A DNA stretch of 63,888 nt, the filler included. It is 8 parts of 8 records of this genome, joined end to end, with 100 filler letters (N's around TTAATTAATTAA, not from the genome) between each part and the next. Parts side by side here need not be neighbours in the genome. Positions count along the whole stretch, not along the records: positions 1 to 12,849 come from DRR723986_44296; positions 12,950 to 28,595 come from DRR723986_44556; 6 more parts are not named here. One strand, given 5' to 3'. The position numbers were made by a program, and so were the translations under genes. Numbering within the stretch: the first letter of the stretch is position 1; every line of letters begins with the position of its first letter. Under the pieces are notes generated by a model, which saw only the letters and a program-made list of their open reading frames with translations, searched no databases and had not been told where the DNA came from. Shown here one piece after another: positions 10,601 to 20,237 of the stretch.

Positions 10601-10752
10601 ATGTGCAGAGCCTGAGACTTTATGTAAATGTGCTCAATCCATTCACTTTCACAGATTACGATGGATGGGATCCGGAGTGGGCAGAGGCTTCCTTGGGCGT
10701 AGGGCGAGTGAGCAGCATAACTACCCAATTTGGTTTAAGCTTAAAGTTTTAA
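7630..10752 (+). CDS. susC: SusC/RagA TonB-dependent transporter
   Basis: VVVVGYGTQK, NPNDIEKIEVLKDASSAAIYGSRAAGGV, LTWEKT, C-terminal LSLKF. Confidence 0.96.
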   Translation: MVQNLPKIPPSLESPPRSNSLKKWYLVFLLGICFSISGFAQQTVTGTIISSDDGLALPGVSILIKGTTTGTTSDVDGKYSLSVPDEKSVLVFSFIGYNSQEEVVGSRSIVDVELGVNITELESVVVVGYGTQKRADVTGAIAGVDSEIITERGTTSAIQSLQGTVAGVQVSNSTGRLGDGFNMTIRGNNSLAGSSPLYVVDGVITSGIDFLNPNDIEKIEVLKDASSAAIYGSRAAGGVVIVQTKTGTTSQNKTNVSFETFYGVKTPARLPEMMSLEQWRDYHYAAYLGTTKNGAGMTPADYENVVIGGSNAVLKERFDNLEGYDWYDGVLQNGLQTNSHLSVSHRNGASTYNLGIGYQNETGNLKNESLDKYTFNININQSINDKLTAGANMAFSFGTNQRGSSIAMQEAFRLNPFLTPYAVDENGNEISGELFPQPGKLTYPDGSFAVNKTSTYNPLLEIANTSDETRTIRGVGNAFLQYDALEWLSLKSTFSVGLNNNRRGLYWGAMTNTGISNGNLPSSELEFVDKLNYTWDNQLNVNQFFGDHAFNFLALQSIFVDRTETAYMGSTQQPFETEFYNVGSGLQSTYSLGNSFRKNQLASFALRLNYALKDKYLVTVSNRWDGSSLLSEGNKWQSFPSVALGWRLSEEDFLVNSGTVSDLKLRAGYGTVGNNNVAPYTTVNTLTNQTYYDFNGTTANGWVQNSLANKSLTWEKTTEINLGVDFGFANNRVTGSIDWYDRLSDELLVSQKLPLEIGFSNIRSNAASVKNTGVEVMLNTINLETNLVTWSTMFTFTKNTNTIESIYGQSETDDVGNGWFIGESIDSHYNFVYDGVWQANEDAAAYNQKEGEAKVVDVNNDGKISPNDDRVILGSSNPSWTGGLISRLQVGAFDMNIALATQQGVLAFSDFHKNFTDVKDRGRQKANIGEFYVPENSVGVPTQYTNKYPQPRAEGQYWGNGIAYYKDASFVKINNISLGYSIPQSLLSKINVQSLRLYVNVLNPFTFTDYDGWDPEWAEASLGVGRVSSITTQFGLSLKF

Positions 10753-10875
10753 ATAAAATAGATATGAAATCGAGCATGATGATAGACTCCACACAAGGGA
10801 TGAATATCAGCTTCACGAGATCCTTCCGAGAATCGGGAAAGGCTATCTGACAATAAAAAAATCTATTATAAAGAG

Positions 10876-12501
10876 ATGAAAAATATACTTTCAATTTTCG
10901 CAATAGCCCTTATTCTAGTCAACACAGGTTGTGCTGATTTTCTAGAAGAGGACAACAGATCAAATGTAACAGCCGAAGAATTTTATGCAACTGAAGAAGG
11001 GTATGCAGCATTGATCAATTCTAATTATTCGGCTTTGAGAAATATCTATGGAAAAGCTCCATGGATGTTTATGAGTGGTACTGACCTTTACGAAGAGGGC
11101 AGATCACCTGAACCGCAGGGTTTGAGCAAATACTCACAATTGAATTCCTCTTCAGAGGGTGTGGATTTCCTATATACTAATAGTTACAAAGCTATACAGT
11201 TAGCAAATACTGCCATCTATTATGCTGATAAGACTGCACCATCTCCAAGCATTGCTCAGTATGTAGGAGAGGTGAGATTCCTAAGAGCCAATGCCTATTT
11301 TCTTCTTGTTCAATCTTATGGTGGAGTAGGGATAATCACTGATTTCATTGCGGAACCTATTCTCTCTTTTGACAGATCCTCAGCTGAAGAAGTCTATTCA
11401 TTGATAATTTCTGAATTGGAAATAGCTATGAATGAAGTTTCTTCTGGGGATTACACCGGAAGAGTAAATAGAAGAGCAGTAGAAAACTTGTTAGCAAAAG
11501 TACACCTAACCCGAGCCTATGAGGATTTTGCTGCAAGTGATGATTTCGCAAAAGCTGCAAGTTATGCAGAGAATGTGATTGCTGGACAGGGTTTGAATTT
11601 GTCTTCAGAAGAACTATGGACTCCTGGAAATGACATGAATGAAGAAGTGATCTTCTCCGTTCAGTTTAGTCCTGGATCTATCAGTTCAGATCCATCCGAA
11701 ATTGGTAATCAACAGCAAAACTATAATGGGCCATATTTAGGAGGTTCTGAAGTAGCTGGGAATGCGCCATACAAGACCTATAATTTACTTCCAACTCGCT
11801 TTGCATTGGATTTATTCGAAGAAACTGACGAAAGATGGTATTCAACTTTCATGACAGAGATGTATGTCCGATACTATGACTACTATGATGTCGCTGATAA
11901 AAGCAGCTTGACAGTTCGAGATTTCTATGAACCAAGATGGTTTACTGCCCAAGACAGTATTGACTACATGGCTGCTCATCCTACGGCTATCTATCATTCC
12001 TACGGCACAACAGACCCGGTGGGTGGAATTATTTCTGGAGATAGAGCCACTATGATTGTGAAGAAATTTGATGATCCAAATTCACTTTTCGCAGGTTCAG
12101 GAAATGGCTCGAGCACCAGAGATTTCATAATTTCTAGATTGGCAGAAACTTACTTGGTTGCAGCAGAAGCCTATTTGGGTCTTGGGGAAGCGGCTAAAGG
12201 ATTAGAAAAATTAAATGTAGTGAGACAAAGAGCAGGAGTGGCCGATGCAACGATGTCAGATTTTGACCTTGATTACATTCTTGACGAAAGAGCAAGAGAA
12301 TTACTTGGTGAAAATCATCGTTGGTTTGATCTAAAGAGAACTGGTAAGTTGATTGAGCGGGCATCTGCTTACAATAGCTGGATCACACCTGCCAATTTCC
12401 AAGGCGCTGGTGGAAATCTGAAGATTCTCAGACCAATTCCTCAGGCAGCATTGGATTTGAACCAAAACAAGGATTTCCCACAAAATCCTGCGTACGATTG
12501 A
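10876..12501 (+). CDS. susD: SusD/RagB lipoprotein
   Basis: Lipobox TGC; EVRFLRA, RLAETYL.AAEA, ILDERARELLGENHRWFDLKR, QNPAY. Confidence 0.95.
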   Translation: MKNILSIFAIALILVNTGCADFLEEDNRSNVTAEEFYATEEGYAALINSNYSALRNIYGKAPWMFMSGTDLYEEGRSPEPQGLSKYSQLNSSSEGVDFLYTNSYKAIQLANTAIYYADKTAPSPSIAQYVGEVRFLRANAYFLLVQSYGGVGIITDFIAEPILSFDRSSAEEVYSLIISELEIAMNEVSSGDYTGRVNRRAVENLLAKVHLTRAYEDFAASDDFAKAASYAENVIAGQGLNLSSEELWTPGNDMNEEVIFSVQFSPGSISSDPSEIGNQQQNYNGPYLGGSEVAGNAPYKTYNLLPTRFALDLFEETDERWYSTFMTEMYVRYYDYYDVADKSSLTVRDFYEPRWFTAQDSIDYMAAHPTAIYHSYGTTDPVGGIISGDRATMIVKKFDDPNSLFAGSGNGSSTRDFIISRLAETYLVAAEAYLGLGEAAKGLEKLNVVRQRAGVADATMSDFDLDYILDERARELLGENHRWFDLKRTGKLIERASAYNSWITPANFQGAGGNLKILRPIPQAALDLNQNKDFPQNPAYD

Positions 12502-12528
12502 GTTAATTGTTAAGGGGTTTATAATTAG

Positions 12529-12561
12529 AAAATCCGTACCAGTTGGTGCGGATTTTTTTTT
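12529..12561 (+). terminator. Rho-independent terminator after susD
   Basis: AAAATCCGTACC-AGTT-GGTGCGGATTTT followed by a T tract. Confidence 0.8.
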
Positions 12562-12849
12562 AAACCCAACAGCTAAGAAGTTATGTCATATCTCTTAATA
12601 AGAGATTGGAATTCAGGTTTCTGTACTTTTTGTTTAGTGCAACTTTGTGGGAATAAATGTGAGAGGATAATGATTTTAGACATGTATTTCGCTATTCTTA
12701 AAGAGATAAGTTTACTTTTTAAAAAACCTATCAATTGGTGTTTTACCATGGATTTTACCTATTGTTACTAATTTGAAAATTGGTTCAAACCGTAAAAAAA
12801 TGCCAATTCGTATTAAATTAATGTGATTATCCGCAATGATGCCAGTTGC

Positions 12850-12949
12850 NNNNNNNNNNNNNNNNNNNNNNNNNNNNNNNNNNNNNNNNNNNNTTAATTA
12901 ATTAANNNNNNNNNNNNNNNNNNNNNNNNNNNNNNNNNNNNNNNNNNNN
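12850..12949. other. Artificial contig linker
   Basis: N44-TTAATTAATTAA-N44. Confidence 0.99.
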
Positions 12950-12993
12950 TGAGTTGAAACTCCTGATAAATCTGGATAACCTAACTCTCTAAT

Positions 12994-14592
12994 TCATTCA
13001 ATTAGTGGAGCCTTTATTACACCAGAGATCCCGTTTTTTAGTTGAAATCTTGCCGTAGTTTTGATCTCAGCATTTGGACGGGTCACATAGGGCATGACTT
13101 TAAATTCAGATAGTATTTCACTTGGAGTGACAGTGAAGCATACATAGCCACGCTGCTCATTGTAAAACTTGATATGAGGATTAAGGTCCATAAGTTCTTT
13201 TCCTATAGGTGGATCTGCCTGCCCATCTCCCGCAGAGGTAATGCTGGTTCCCATGAACTCAGTGCCAATAATCGGCGAAGTGGGATCATCTGCATCCAGA
13301 TGCAAGTCATTTACCCAATTTTTGTGGGAGTCTCCAGTGAGCACGACTAAATTTTTCACCTTGTTTTTTTGGATTCCTTCAAATAAACGTGTTCTAGTCG
13401 CTGCATAGCCATCCCACTTATCCATTCCATAAGTAACCACTCCATTTATTTTTCTACCAACTTGAGCCATTCCCACCTGTTGGCCTAGAATATTCCATTT
13501 AGCAGGGGACTTCGATAGATTATCGGCCAGCCATTTCTCCTGATCTAAACCCAACATAGTACGGCCGGGATCAAACCTCATGGCGCAGTCTGCTTCCGAA
13601 TTACCGCTACACGCAAAATCAGTTCGGAATTGTCGGGTGTCCAGCATGGATAATTCCACCAGATTTCCGAACTGGAACTTCCTATAAATATCCATGAAAA
13701 TTCCTTTTGGCATCGATGACTTTCGCATGGGCATATGCTCGTAATATGCCTGAAAAGCTACAGCTCGCCTTTCAAGGAAATTAGCATTGTCATCGTATGG
13801 CGGGCCTTCGCCTCCCCAGTTATTTTTAATTTCATGGTCATCAGGAACCACTATCCAGGGAAAAGCTGCATGAGCAGCCATTAAGGATGGGTCGCTTTTG
13901 TATTGGCCATATCTTATTCGGTAATCTTCCAGTGTCATGATTTCCTTATCCGGAAGATGCTTTCGTAAGGAATTGGCACTGCTTCCCTTTTCATAAATAT
14001 AATCCCCCAAAAATAGGATCACATCAAGATCTTCTTGGACCAAATGCGCATAAGCAGTATAGTACCCTGATGCATAGTTCTGGCAGGAAGCTATGGCAAA
14101 TTTCATTTCCTGTACATCGGCTCCAAATGCAGGAGCAGTCTTCGTTTTTCCAGTAGGAGAAACAAATTCGCCAAACTTAAATCGGTAATAGTAGTAATGA
14201 CTAGGTTCAAGTCCGGAAACTTCCACATGTATAGAATGTCCAAAGTCCTTTGTGGCAAACTCTTTACCTTTTTGTACTACTTGTAAGAAATCGGGATCTA
14301 ATGCAATCTCCCACTCCACGCCGAAAGTTTGATCCGGCATTCCTCCTCCTTCAAGAGGTTTCGGGGCCAATCTTGTCCACAATACAATGCCATCAGGAAA
14401 TGGTTCTCCTGAGGCCACCCCTAAGGTGAAGGGATAATCACTCAATTCCCCAGCTTTGGAAAAATTGGAAAGAGACCCTAATAAACCAACCCCTGAAAGT
14501 GTGAAGGCTGTCTTTTGAAGGAAAGTTCTTCTGTCAATTTTACCCTGCTGGATAATTGAATCTATGTATTCAGGTTCTTTCTTTGATTTCAT
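12994..14592 (-). CDS. phoD: PhoD-family alkaline phosphatase, Tat-exported
   Basis: RRTFL twin-arginine motif; FTLGVASGEP, ASCQNY, LGDYIYE, DDHE, LDTRQFR, TGDSH. Confidence 0.93.
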   Translation of the reverse strand: MKSKKEPEYIDSIIQQGKIDRRTFLQKTAFTLSGVGLLGSLSNFSKAGELSDYPFTLGVASGEPFPDGIVLWTRLAPKPLEGGGMPDQTFGVEWEIALDPDFLQVVQKGKEFATKDFGHSIHVEVSGLEPSHYYYYRFKFGEFVSPTGKTKTAPAFGADVQEMKFAIASCQNYASGYYTAYAHLVQEDLDVILFLGDYIYEKGSSANSLRKHLPDKEIMTLEDYRIRYGQYKSDPSLMAAHAAFPWIVVPDDHEIKNNWGGEGPPYDDNANFLERRAVAFQAYYEHMPMRKSSMPKGIFMDIYRKFQFGNLVELSMLDTRQFRTDFACSGNSEADCAMRFDPGRTMLGLDQEKWLADNLSKSPAKWNILGQQVGMAQVGRKINGVVTYGMDKWDGYAATRTRLFEGIQKNKVKNLVVLTGDSHKNWVNDLHLDADDPTSPIIGTEFMGTSITSAGDGQADPPIGKELMDLNPHIKFYNEQRGYVCFTVTPSEILSEFKVMPYVTRPNAEIKTTARFQLKNGISGVIKAPLIE

Positions 14593-14920
14593 TTTAGGTA
14601 GCGTGTTTAATATGAAAAACAATGAGGCTATTTTTTCTCCAAAATTACCTGACTGATGGCCCTATTATTAATGGTTTTGGTTACCATATTATTACTAAAA
14701 AGCACTATCTATAGTTAAGTTTTGCAGCAGGTAGCTTGAATCCCTTTACACCCTAGGAAAAGCATCAAGATTAATTAGCCTACCATCAATTTTTGGTGCT
14801 TATAATTTTTTAGTCTTGGAAAAAAAATAGCTAAGGTCCACTCAATCATAACCTATTCTTAATATCAAATCTTCTTTGTGCGTACCTGTTACTGGTAACT
14901 TTACTAGCAAATATAGGCGT

Positions 14921-15508
14921 ATGAATACGATTAGTAATGAACAACAGCTTCTCCGGAAGATCCAAAATGAGGATGATACAGGTTCCTTCAGGATTCTGTT
15001 TGATGCCTATTGGGAAATGCTTTTTCATCATGCTTTAAAAAAAACCAAATCCCAGGATTTAGCTATGGATCTGGCCCAGGATACCTTTATTAATTTCTGG
15101 AAATACAGAAAGAAAATAGGGGATATTCAGAATCTGAAAAACTACCTGTTAACCATGTTGAAATATCAGTTTTTTAAAGGGATAGACCAGGAGAAAATTA
15201 TTTTTGATACATTGGATTCAGCTATTCCCAATGCTTTTTATTGCGACAGTTACGATGGTTTTCAACTCATGGAGTTTAATGAATTGTACGAGTTTTTAAT
15301 GGAAAAAATTGATGAGCTTCCTACTAGAAGTAAGGAGATATTTTTGCAGAACAGGTTTGAGAATAAATCTGTAAAAGAGTTGGCTGAAACCTATGCTATT
15401 GCTGAATCAACAGTCAGAACTCACCTCAGTCAGGCCAACGCAAAACTTCAGGGCCAATTTGAAAACAGTTTGACGGCATTGACATTTTTAGCAATAATGA
15501 TCTCTTGA
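14921..15508 (+). CDS. ECF RNA polymerase sigma-70 factor (Bacteroidota type)
   Basis: DLAQDTFINFW region 2; LP.R.KEIF...R, SVKELA...I..STVRTHL region 4; upstream of FecR. Confidence 0.9.
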   Translation: MNTISNEQQLLRKIQNEDDTGSFRILFDAYWEMLFHHALKKTKSQDLAMDLAQDTFINFWKYRKKIGDIQNLKNYLLTMLKYQFFKGIDQEKIIFDTLDSAIPNAFYCDSYDGFQLMEFNELYEFLMEKIDELPTRSKEIFLQNRFENKSVKELAETYAIAESTVRTHLSQANAKLQGQFENSLTALTFLAIMIS

Positions 15509-15617
15509 AGTCATTATGGATTTGTTAAGAAGTTGAATTTTTATTTCATGATTCAATAATCGATTCAGAATAGACAGATAGGTTCAAACGAGTCTCTTAA
15601 TAAGGAAGAGAGACTTT

Positions 15618-16583
15618 ATGAATTCACAGAAAATCAAAGTACTGCTCAGGCAGCTATTTACTAAGCAATCCACAAAGCAAACGGTTCTCAAAGAATTGAA
15701 CCGTTGGTACAAATCACTGGATGAACAAACTTTATTGCCTCAAAATGGAAATCTAAAGGAAAAGGCTTGGGGGCATGTGATCGAAGCAATAGAGCCAACG
15801 AATAATGACCAACTTATTAAAAAGAAGTCTGTCATTGGTTCATGGATCTGGAGAGCTGCTATCCTCCTTATTTTCTGTGGGGCAGGATATGGCCTTTATC
15901 GATTTATTCCTGAGACTGCAGATCAGATCAGGTTGGAGGCAGGAACTTTTACCAATGAAATTGGAAAGGTCTCAGTGTTTTCCCTACCGGACGGAAGTAA
16001 GGTTTGGCTAAGTACGGGATCCACCCTGGAATATGCTGAAGACTTTCCCAGAAATCGTCAGGTAAAATTGTTTGGAGAAGCATTTTTTGATGTAGTAAGA
16101 AATCCTGAATTCCCTTTTCAAATCAGTACAGGTTTCCTAGAGACAGAAGTTCTTGGGACATCTTTTAATCTCCGATCTTATAATGAATCTGAAGTGGAAC
16201 TTTCAGTTTATTCCGGTAGGGTAAAATTTTCAGACCAAAAGTCAGGATTGTATTCTTCTATTCTACTGAAAGGAGAAAAGGTGAGCTGGAGTGCGGAAGA
16301 GGGATTCTCCGAAATAGCGCTATTCGATTTAACCCAACTTCCTGATTGGCGCCAGGGTAAAATTACTTTTGAGAATGCGGATTTAGCCATGATTGAAGAG
16401 ACGCTACAACGTTGGTATAACGTCGTCATAGCAATCAATGGACAGGGAAAAAATTGCCATTACACAGGTGAATTTACCCAGGCAAGTCTTGAACAAATTC
16501 TAGAAACACTTAGCTATTCGCTTAACCTAACCTATAAAATCGACAACGCACATGTAACAATCCATGCTAATTCCTGTGAATAA
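15618..16583 (+). CDS. FecR-family anti-sigma factor
   Basis: Single TM; LPDGSKVWL, GEAFFDV, EVLGTSFNL; C-terminal DUF4974-like region. Confidence 0.93.
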   Translation: MNSQKIKVLLRQLFTKQSTKQTVLKELNRWYKSLDEQTLLPQNGNLKEKAWGHVIEAIEPTNNDQLIKKKSVIGSWIWRAAILLIFCGAGYGLYRFIPETADQIRLEAGTFTNEIGKVSVFSLPDGSKVWLSTGSTLEYAEDFPRNRQVKLFGEAFFDVVRNPEFPFQISTGFLETEVLGTSFNLRSYNESEVELSVYSGRVKFSDQKSGLYSSILLKGEKVSWSAEEGFSEIALFDLTQLPDWRQGKITFENADLAMIEETLQRWYNVVIAINGQGKNCHYTGEFTQASLEQILETLSYSLNLTYKIDNAHVTIHANSCE

Positions 16584-16699
16584 AAAAATCCGATGATTTC
16601 AGGAAACCATCGGACTAAAGATCGAATGAATTTAATGACTTGAGGATGGCAATTTTGGCGATGCGGCACCTCAGGTCCCAACCTTTATTTCTCAAAATT

Positions 16700-19600
16700 A
16701 TGAAAAAAAAATTACTACAACTCATGTGGGATACAACGAAGTGCCTCATGGTAGTCTTAATGATGACCTATTGCATGAGTGGATTGGCGCTAGCCAATGA
16801 CTCACATGCGCAGCATTTAAATCAGACTAAAATTGTTGTCAAGTCCAAACAAACATCAATATTGGAGTTTTTTGACTTGGTGGAAAAACAAACAGAGTTC
16901 AGGTTTCACTTTAATCCAGGAACTATTGGAAACCAAAAAATAGCACTTTCCGGTAATGCTGACTTAGAAACCTTGCTTTACGAATTAGCTGCACAGACCA
17001 AATTAGGTTTCAAGCAGGTCAATGAATCTATTGCAGTTAAACCATATTTGAAAAATTCTCAGGAAGTGATTGAGGTGAAAATTAAAATCTCAGGAAAGGT
17101 TCTTGATGCTGAAACTCAGGATCCAATACTTGGAGCCAGTGTTTTTATTCCCGAAACAAGCCAGGGAACTATGGTGGATCTGGATGGTAATTGGTCCTTG
17201 GAGATTGACGAGTCTTTGGTTGGCAAAGAAATCAAAGCTTCTGCATTGGGATTTAATTCCTCTGTGATGATGATAGGCAATGGTGATATCATTTTCATGC
17301 TAGCTCCTCAGCAACTTGAAGAAGTAGTGGTTGTAGGGTATGGGACGCAAAAGAAAATCAACCTTACAGGAGCTGTGTCCCAGATAGGTACAGAAGCAAT
17401 AGAAAACAGACCTTCCCCCAACCTGACCAGAATGTTGCAGGGCACACTACCTAACCTTAACATTAAAATGGTGGATGGTAGCCCAACCCGTTCAGCTGCC
17501 TTTAATATCCGTGGCACAACTTCTATTGGTGCCGGAGGAGATGCTTTGGTTTTGATTGATGGGGTAGAAGGAGACGCTAACCTTGTGAACCCAAATGATG
17601 TGGAAAGTGTGACAGTGTTGAAAGATGCCTCTTCTGCCGCAGTTTACGGCTCAAGAGCGGCATTTGGAGTTGTTTTGATCACAACTAAAAACCCTACAAA
17701 AGGTCAATCTAACTTGGATCTAAAAATCAGCCGTTCGGTGAATGAGAGAACGGTAGTTCCAAATCTGGTAACCAATGGATACCAGTGGGCAAAAAACTTT
17801 GACGAAGCTTTTTTTGCATGGTACGATTACAAAACCCATCCTATTTCAGTTAACGCCAATTTTCCTTTCTCATTGGAATATTTGGACAGACTAAAGGCAC
17901 ACGATGAGGACCCATCTTTGCCGAAGGTAGAGTTTAATCAGGAACTGAACCGATATGAATACTACGGAAATACGGATTGGTTTCAATTACTGCACAAAGA
18001 TAAAATGCCTGCATTGGAAGCTTCCCTCTCAGCATCAGGGGGAAATGACAAAGCAAGATATTTTATATCTGGACTTTATTATCATCAAGATGGGATTTTC
18101 AGATACTCTCCTGACAAGTTTGATAAGTACAACATCCGGGCTAAAGGTGAAATTGACCTGAAACCATGGCTTTCTCTGGAAAATAACTTTGACCTAAGCA
18201 CTTTTAAATATGAATATCCACTGCTTGCGAATGGAGATGCAGGAATCTGGAGATACATGGCAGTAGGAGGGTTTCCAATGGCGATGATGACCAACCCTGA
18301 CGGTACGTTTACCCAGCAGGGAGTTAACACAGGTGCATCCTTCGTGGAAGGTAGCAGCAAGTCAAACCAATCGAAATTCTATGTAAGAAATACGCCTAGC
18401 CTGACAGCTAAGCCTTTTGGAGATTTGATGACTTTCAAAGCTAATTTCACCTTTGCCAAGACTTTCAATACCGATAAGCGATACAACAATTTTATAAACT
18501 ATAGCAACGCTCCTGAACATTCAGCAAGATTTGGTCAGAGTTTGTTACGTGGACTTTCGGACCAAACGACTTATTGGGGATCAAATATCACCACAGAGTT
18601 TAAACAGACGCTCAACAATGCACATAACTTCACGCTTCTGTTGGGTTATAATGTGGAAAGTAATCGCTTCATCAACACTGACTCGCAGCGAGACGGATTG
18701 TTGGTTCCATCAAAACCAGACTTTAACCTGATGGATGGGCTGAATTATTCTATTTCAGGAGGAGGAAATGAATGGAAATACGTAGGGGTATTCTATCGCT
18801 TGAATTATGCTTTCAAAGAAAAATACCTATTGGAATTCAACGGTAGATACGATGGCTCATCCAAATTCCCAAATGATCAGCGGTTCGGTTTCTTTCCTTC
18901 TATGTCTGCAGGCTGGAATATTTCCGAAGAAGGATTTATGGAGGATACGCGCGGCTGGCTAGACAATTTAAAAATCAGAGGTTCCTATGGTACGTTGGGT
19001 AATGGTAACGTAGCGCCTTACCGCTATATGGAAACAATGTCTGTGGCTAAAACAAGTGTGATTCTGGAAGGGATCCAAAAAGGCTACACCTACCTACCAG
19101 GAGTTATTCCTTCGGGGCTTACTTGGGAGAAAGCCACTACTGTAGATTTAGGATTAGATGCATCATTTTTCCAGGGGAAGATAAACCTGACCTACGATTG
19201 GTATAATCGAATAACCACAGATATGTTTACCTATGGCCCTCCTTTGCCGAATGTATTTGGGGCTACTGAACCTTATGGCAATTATGCTGACCTGTCAACC
19301 AAAGGTTGGGAGCTTACGCTGGCGTGGAGAGAGCAATTCAATACCGGAAGCAGCCCGTTAAAATTGAGTTTTTCCGGCTCCCTATGGGATAACCAGTCTG
19401 AAATAACCAAGTTTAATAATCCTGAAAAAGTAATCAGCAGTACCTATTATGAGGGTAGCAAGATTGGGGAGATTTGGGGATATGAAACGATGGGTTTCTT
19501 CTCTTCTGAAGAAGATGTTCAAAACCACGCAGATCAGTCTTTCTTAATCAACTCCAATAACAGACAGTGGTTGCCAGGTGACCTGAAATTCAGGGATCTA

Positions 19601-20218
19601 AATGGTGATGGGGTCATTGATCAGGGGGAAAATACAGTAGAAAATCCAGGTGATCGTAGAATTATAGGTAACAGTTCTCCACGCTATCAATTCGGGTTTA
19701 ATCTTTCGGCCAATTGGAAAGGATTTGGTTTAAGTGCCTTCTTCCAGGGTATAGCGAAAAGAGACTGGTATTTTGCGCCGGAAGCTGACCTTTTCTATGG
19801 TCCTTACAACCGGCCATATGGGTTCCAGCCTGAAATCATGATGGATGATTATTGGACAGAAGATAATCCGGATGCATACTGGCCAAGACTTCGAGGCTAT
19901 ACGGCATTAGGCACTACCCGTTCTCTGGGAGCTCCTCAGACCGGTTATTTGCAGGATGCCAGTTATCTGAGATTGAAAAATGTGACCTTGGATTACACTT
20001 TTCCAACCCGTTGGGTGGAAAAAGCTGGGATGAAAAATGCCATGGTATACGTCAGTGGTCAAAACATCCTGACTTTCTCCGGGCTCTACAAGCATACGGA
20101 CAATTTTGATCCGGAAATCATCGAAAGCCCGACAGGGGGTATGACCAACAGTCATGGACAAGGAGATGCCTATCCTATGCTGAAAACCTACACGGTCGGT
20201 TTGAATCTTTCTTTCTAA
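16700..20218 (+). CDS. susC: SusC TonB-dependent transducer with N-terminal signalling (STN) extension
   Basis: STN-like N-terminus, EEVVVVGYGTQKK, VLKDASSAAVYGSRAAFGV, LTWEK, C-terminal LNLSF; start MKKKLL at 16700. Confidence 0.95.
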   Translation: MKKKLLQLMWDTTKCLMVVLMMTYCMSGLALANDSHAQHLNQTKIVVKSKQTSILEFFDLVEKQTEFRFHFNPGTIGNQKIALSGNADLETLLYELAAQTKLGFKQVNESIAVKPYLKNSQEVIEVKIKISGKVLDAETQDPILGASVFIPETSQGTMVDLDGNWSLEIDESLVGKEIKASALGFNSSVMMIGNGDIIFMLAPQQLEEVVVVGYGTQKKINLTGAVSQIGTEAIENRPSPNLTRMLQGTLPNLNIKMVDGSPTRSAAFNIRGTTSIGAGGDALVLIDGVEGDANLVNPNDVESVTVLKDASSAAVYGSRAAFGVVLITTKNPTKGQSNLDLKISRSVNERTVVPNLVTNGYQWAKNFDEAFFAWYDYKTHPISVNANFPFSLEYLDRLKAHDEDPSLPKVEFNQELNRYEYYGNTDWFQLLHKDKMPALEASLSASGGNDKARYFISGLYYHQDGIFRYSPDKFDKYNIRAKGEIDLKPWLSLENNFDLSTFKYEYPLLANGDAGIWRYMAVGGFPMAMMTNPDGTFTQQGVNTGASFVEGSSKSNQSKFYVRNTPSLTAKPFGDLMTFKANFTFAKTFNTDKRYNNFINYSNAPEHSARFGQSLLRGLSDQTTYWGSNITTEFKQTLNNAHNFTLLLGYNVESNRFINTDSQRDGLLVPSKPDFNLMDGLNYSISGGGNEWKYVGVFYRLNYAFKEKYLLEFNGRYDGSSKFPNDQRFGFFPSMSAGWNISEEGFMEDTRGWLDNLKIRGSYGTLGNGNVAPYRYMETMSVAKTSVILEGIQKGYTYLPGVIPSGLTWEKATTVDLGLDASFFQGKINLTYDWYNRITTDMFTYGPPLPNVFGATEPYGNYADLSTKGWELTLAWREQFNTGSSPLKLSFSGSLWDNQSEITKFNNPEKVISSTYYEGSKIGEIWGYETMGFFSSEEDVQNHADQSFLINSNNRQWLPGDLKFRDLNGDGVIDQGENTVENPGDRRIIGNSSPRYQFGFNLSANWKGFGLSAFFQGIAKRDWYFAPEADLFYGPYNRPYGFQPEIMMDDYWTEDNPDAYWPRLRGYTALGTTRSLGAPQTGYLQDASYLRLKNVTLDYTFPTRWVEKAGMKNAMVYVSGQNILTFSGLYKHTDNFDPEIIESPTGGMTNSHGQGDAYPMLKTYTVGLNLSF

Positions 20219-20237
20219 TTATTGAATCCATTTGATT

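Noticed and set aside
10763-10850. Short ORF MKSSMMIDSTQG... between susC and susD
   Set aside because: No recognisable features; the interval is better explained as a spacer with a degenerate palindrome.
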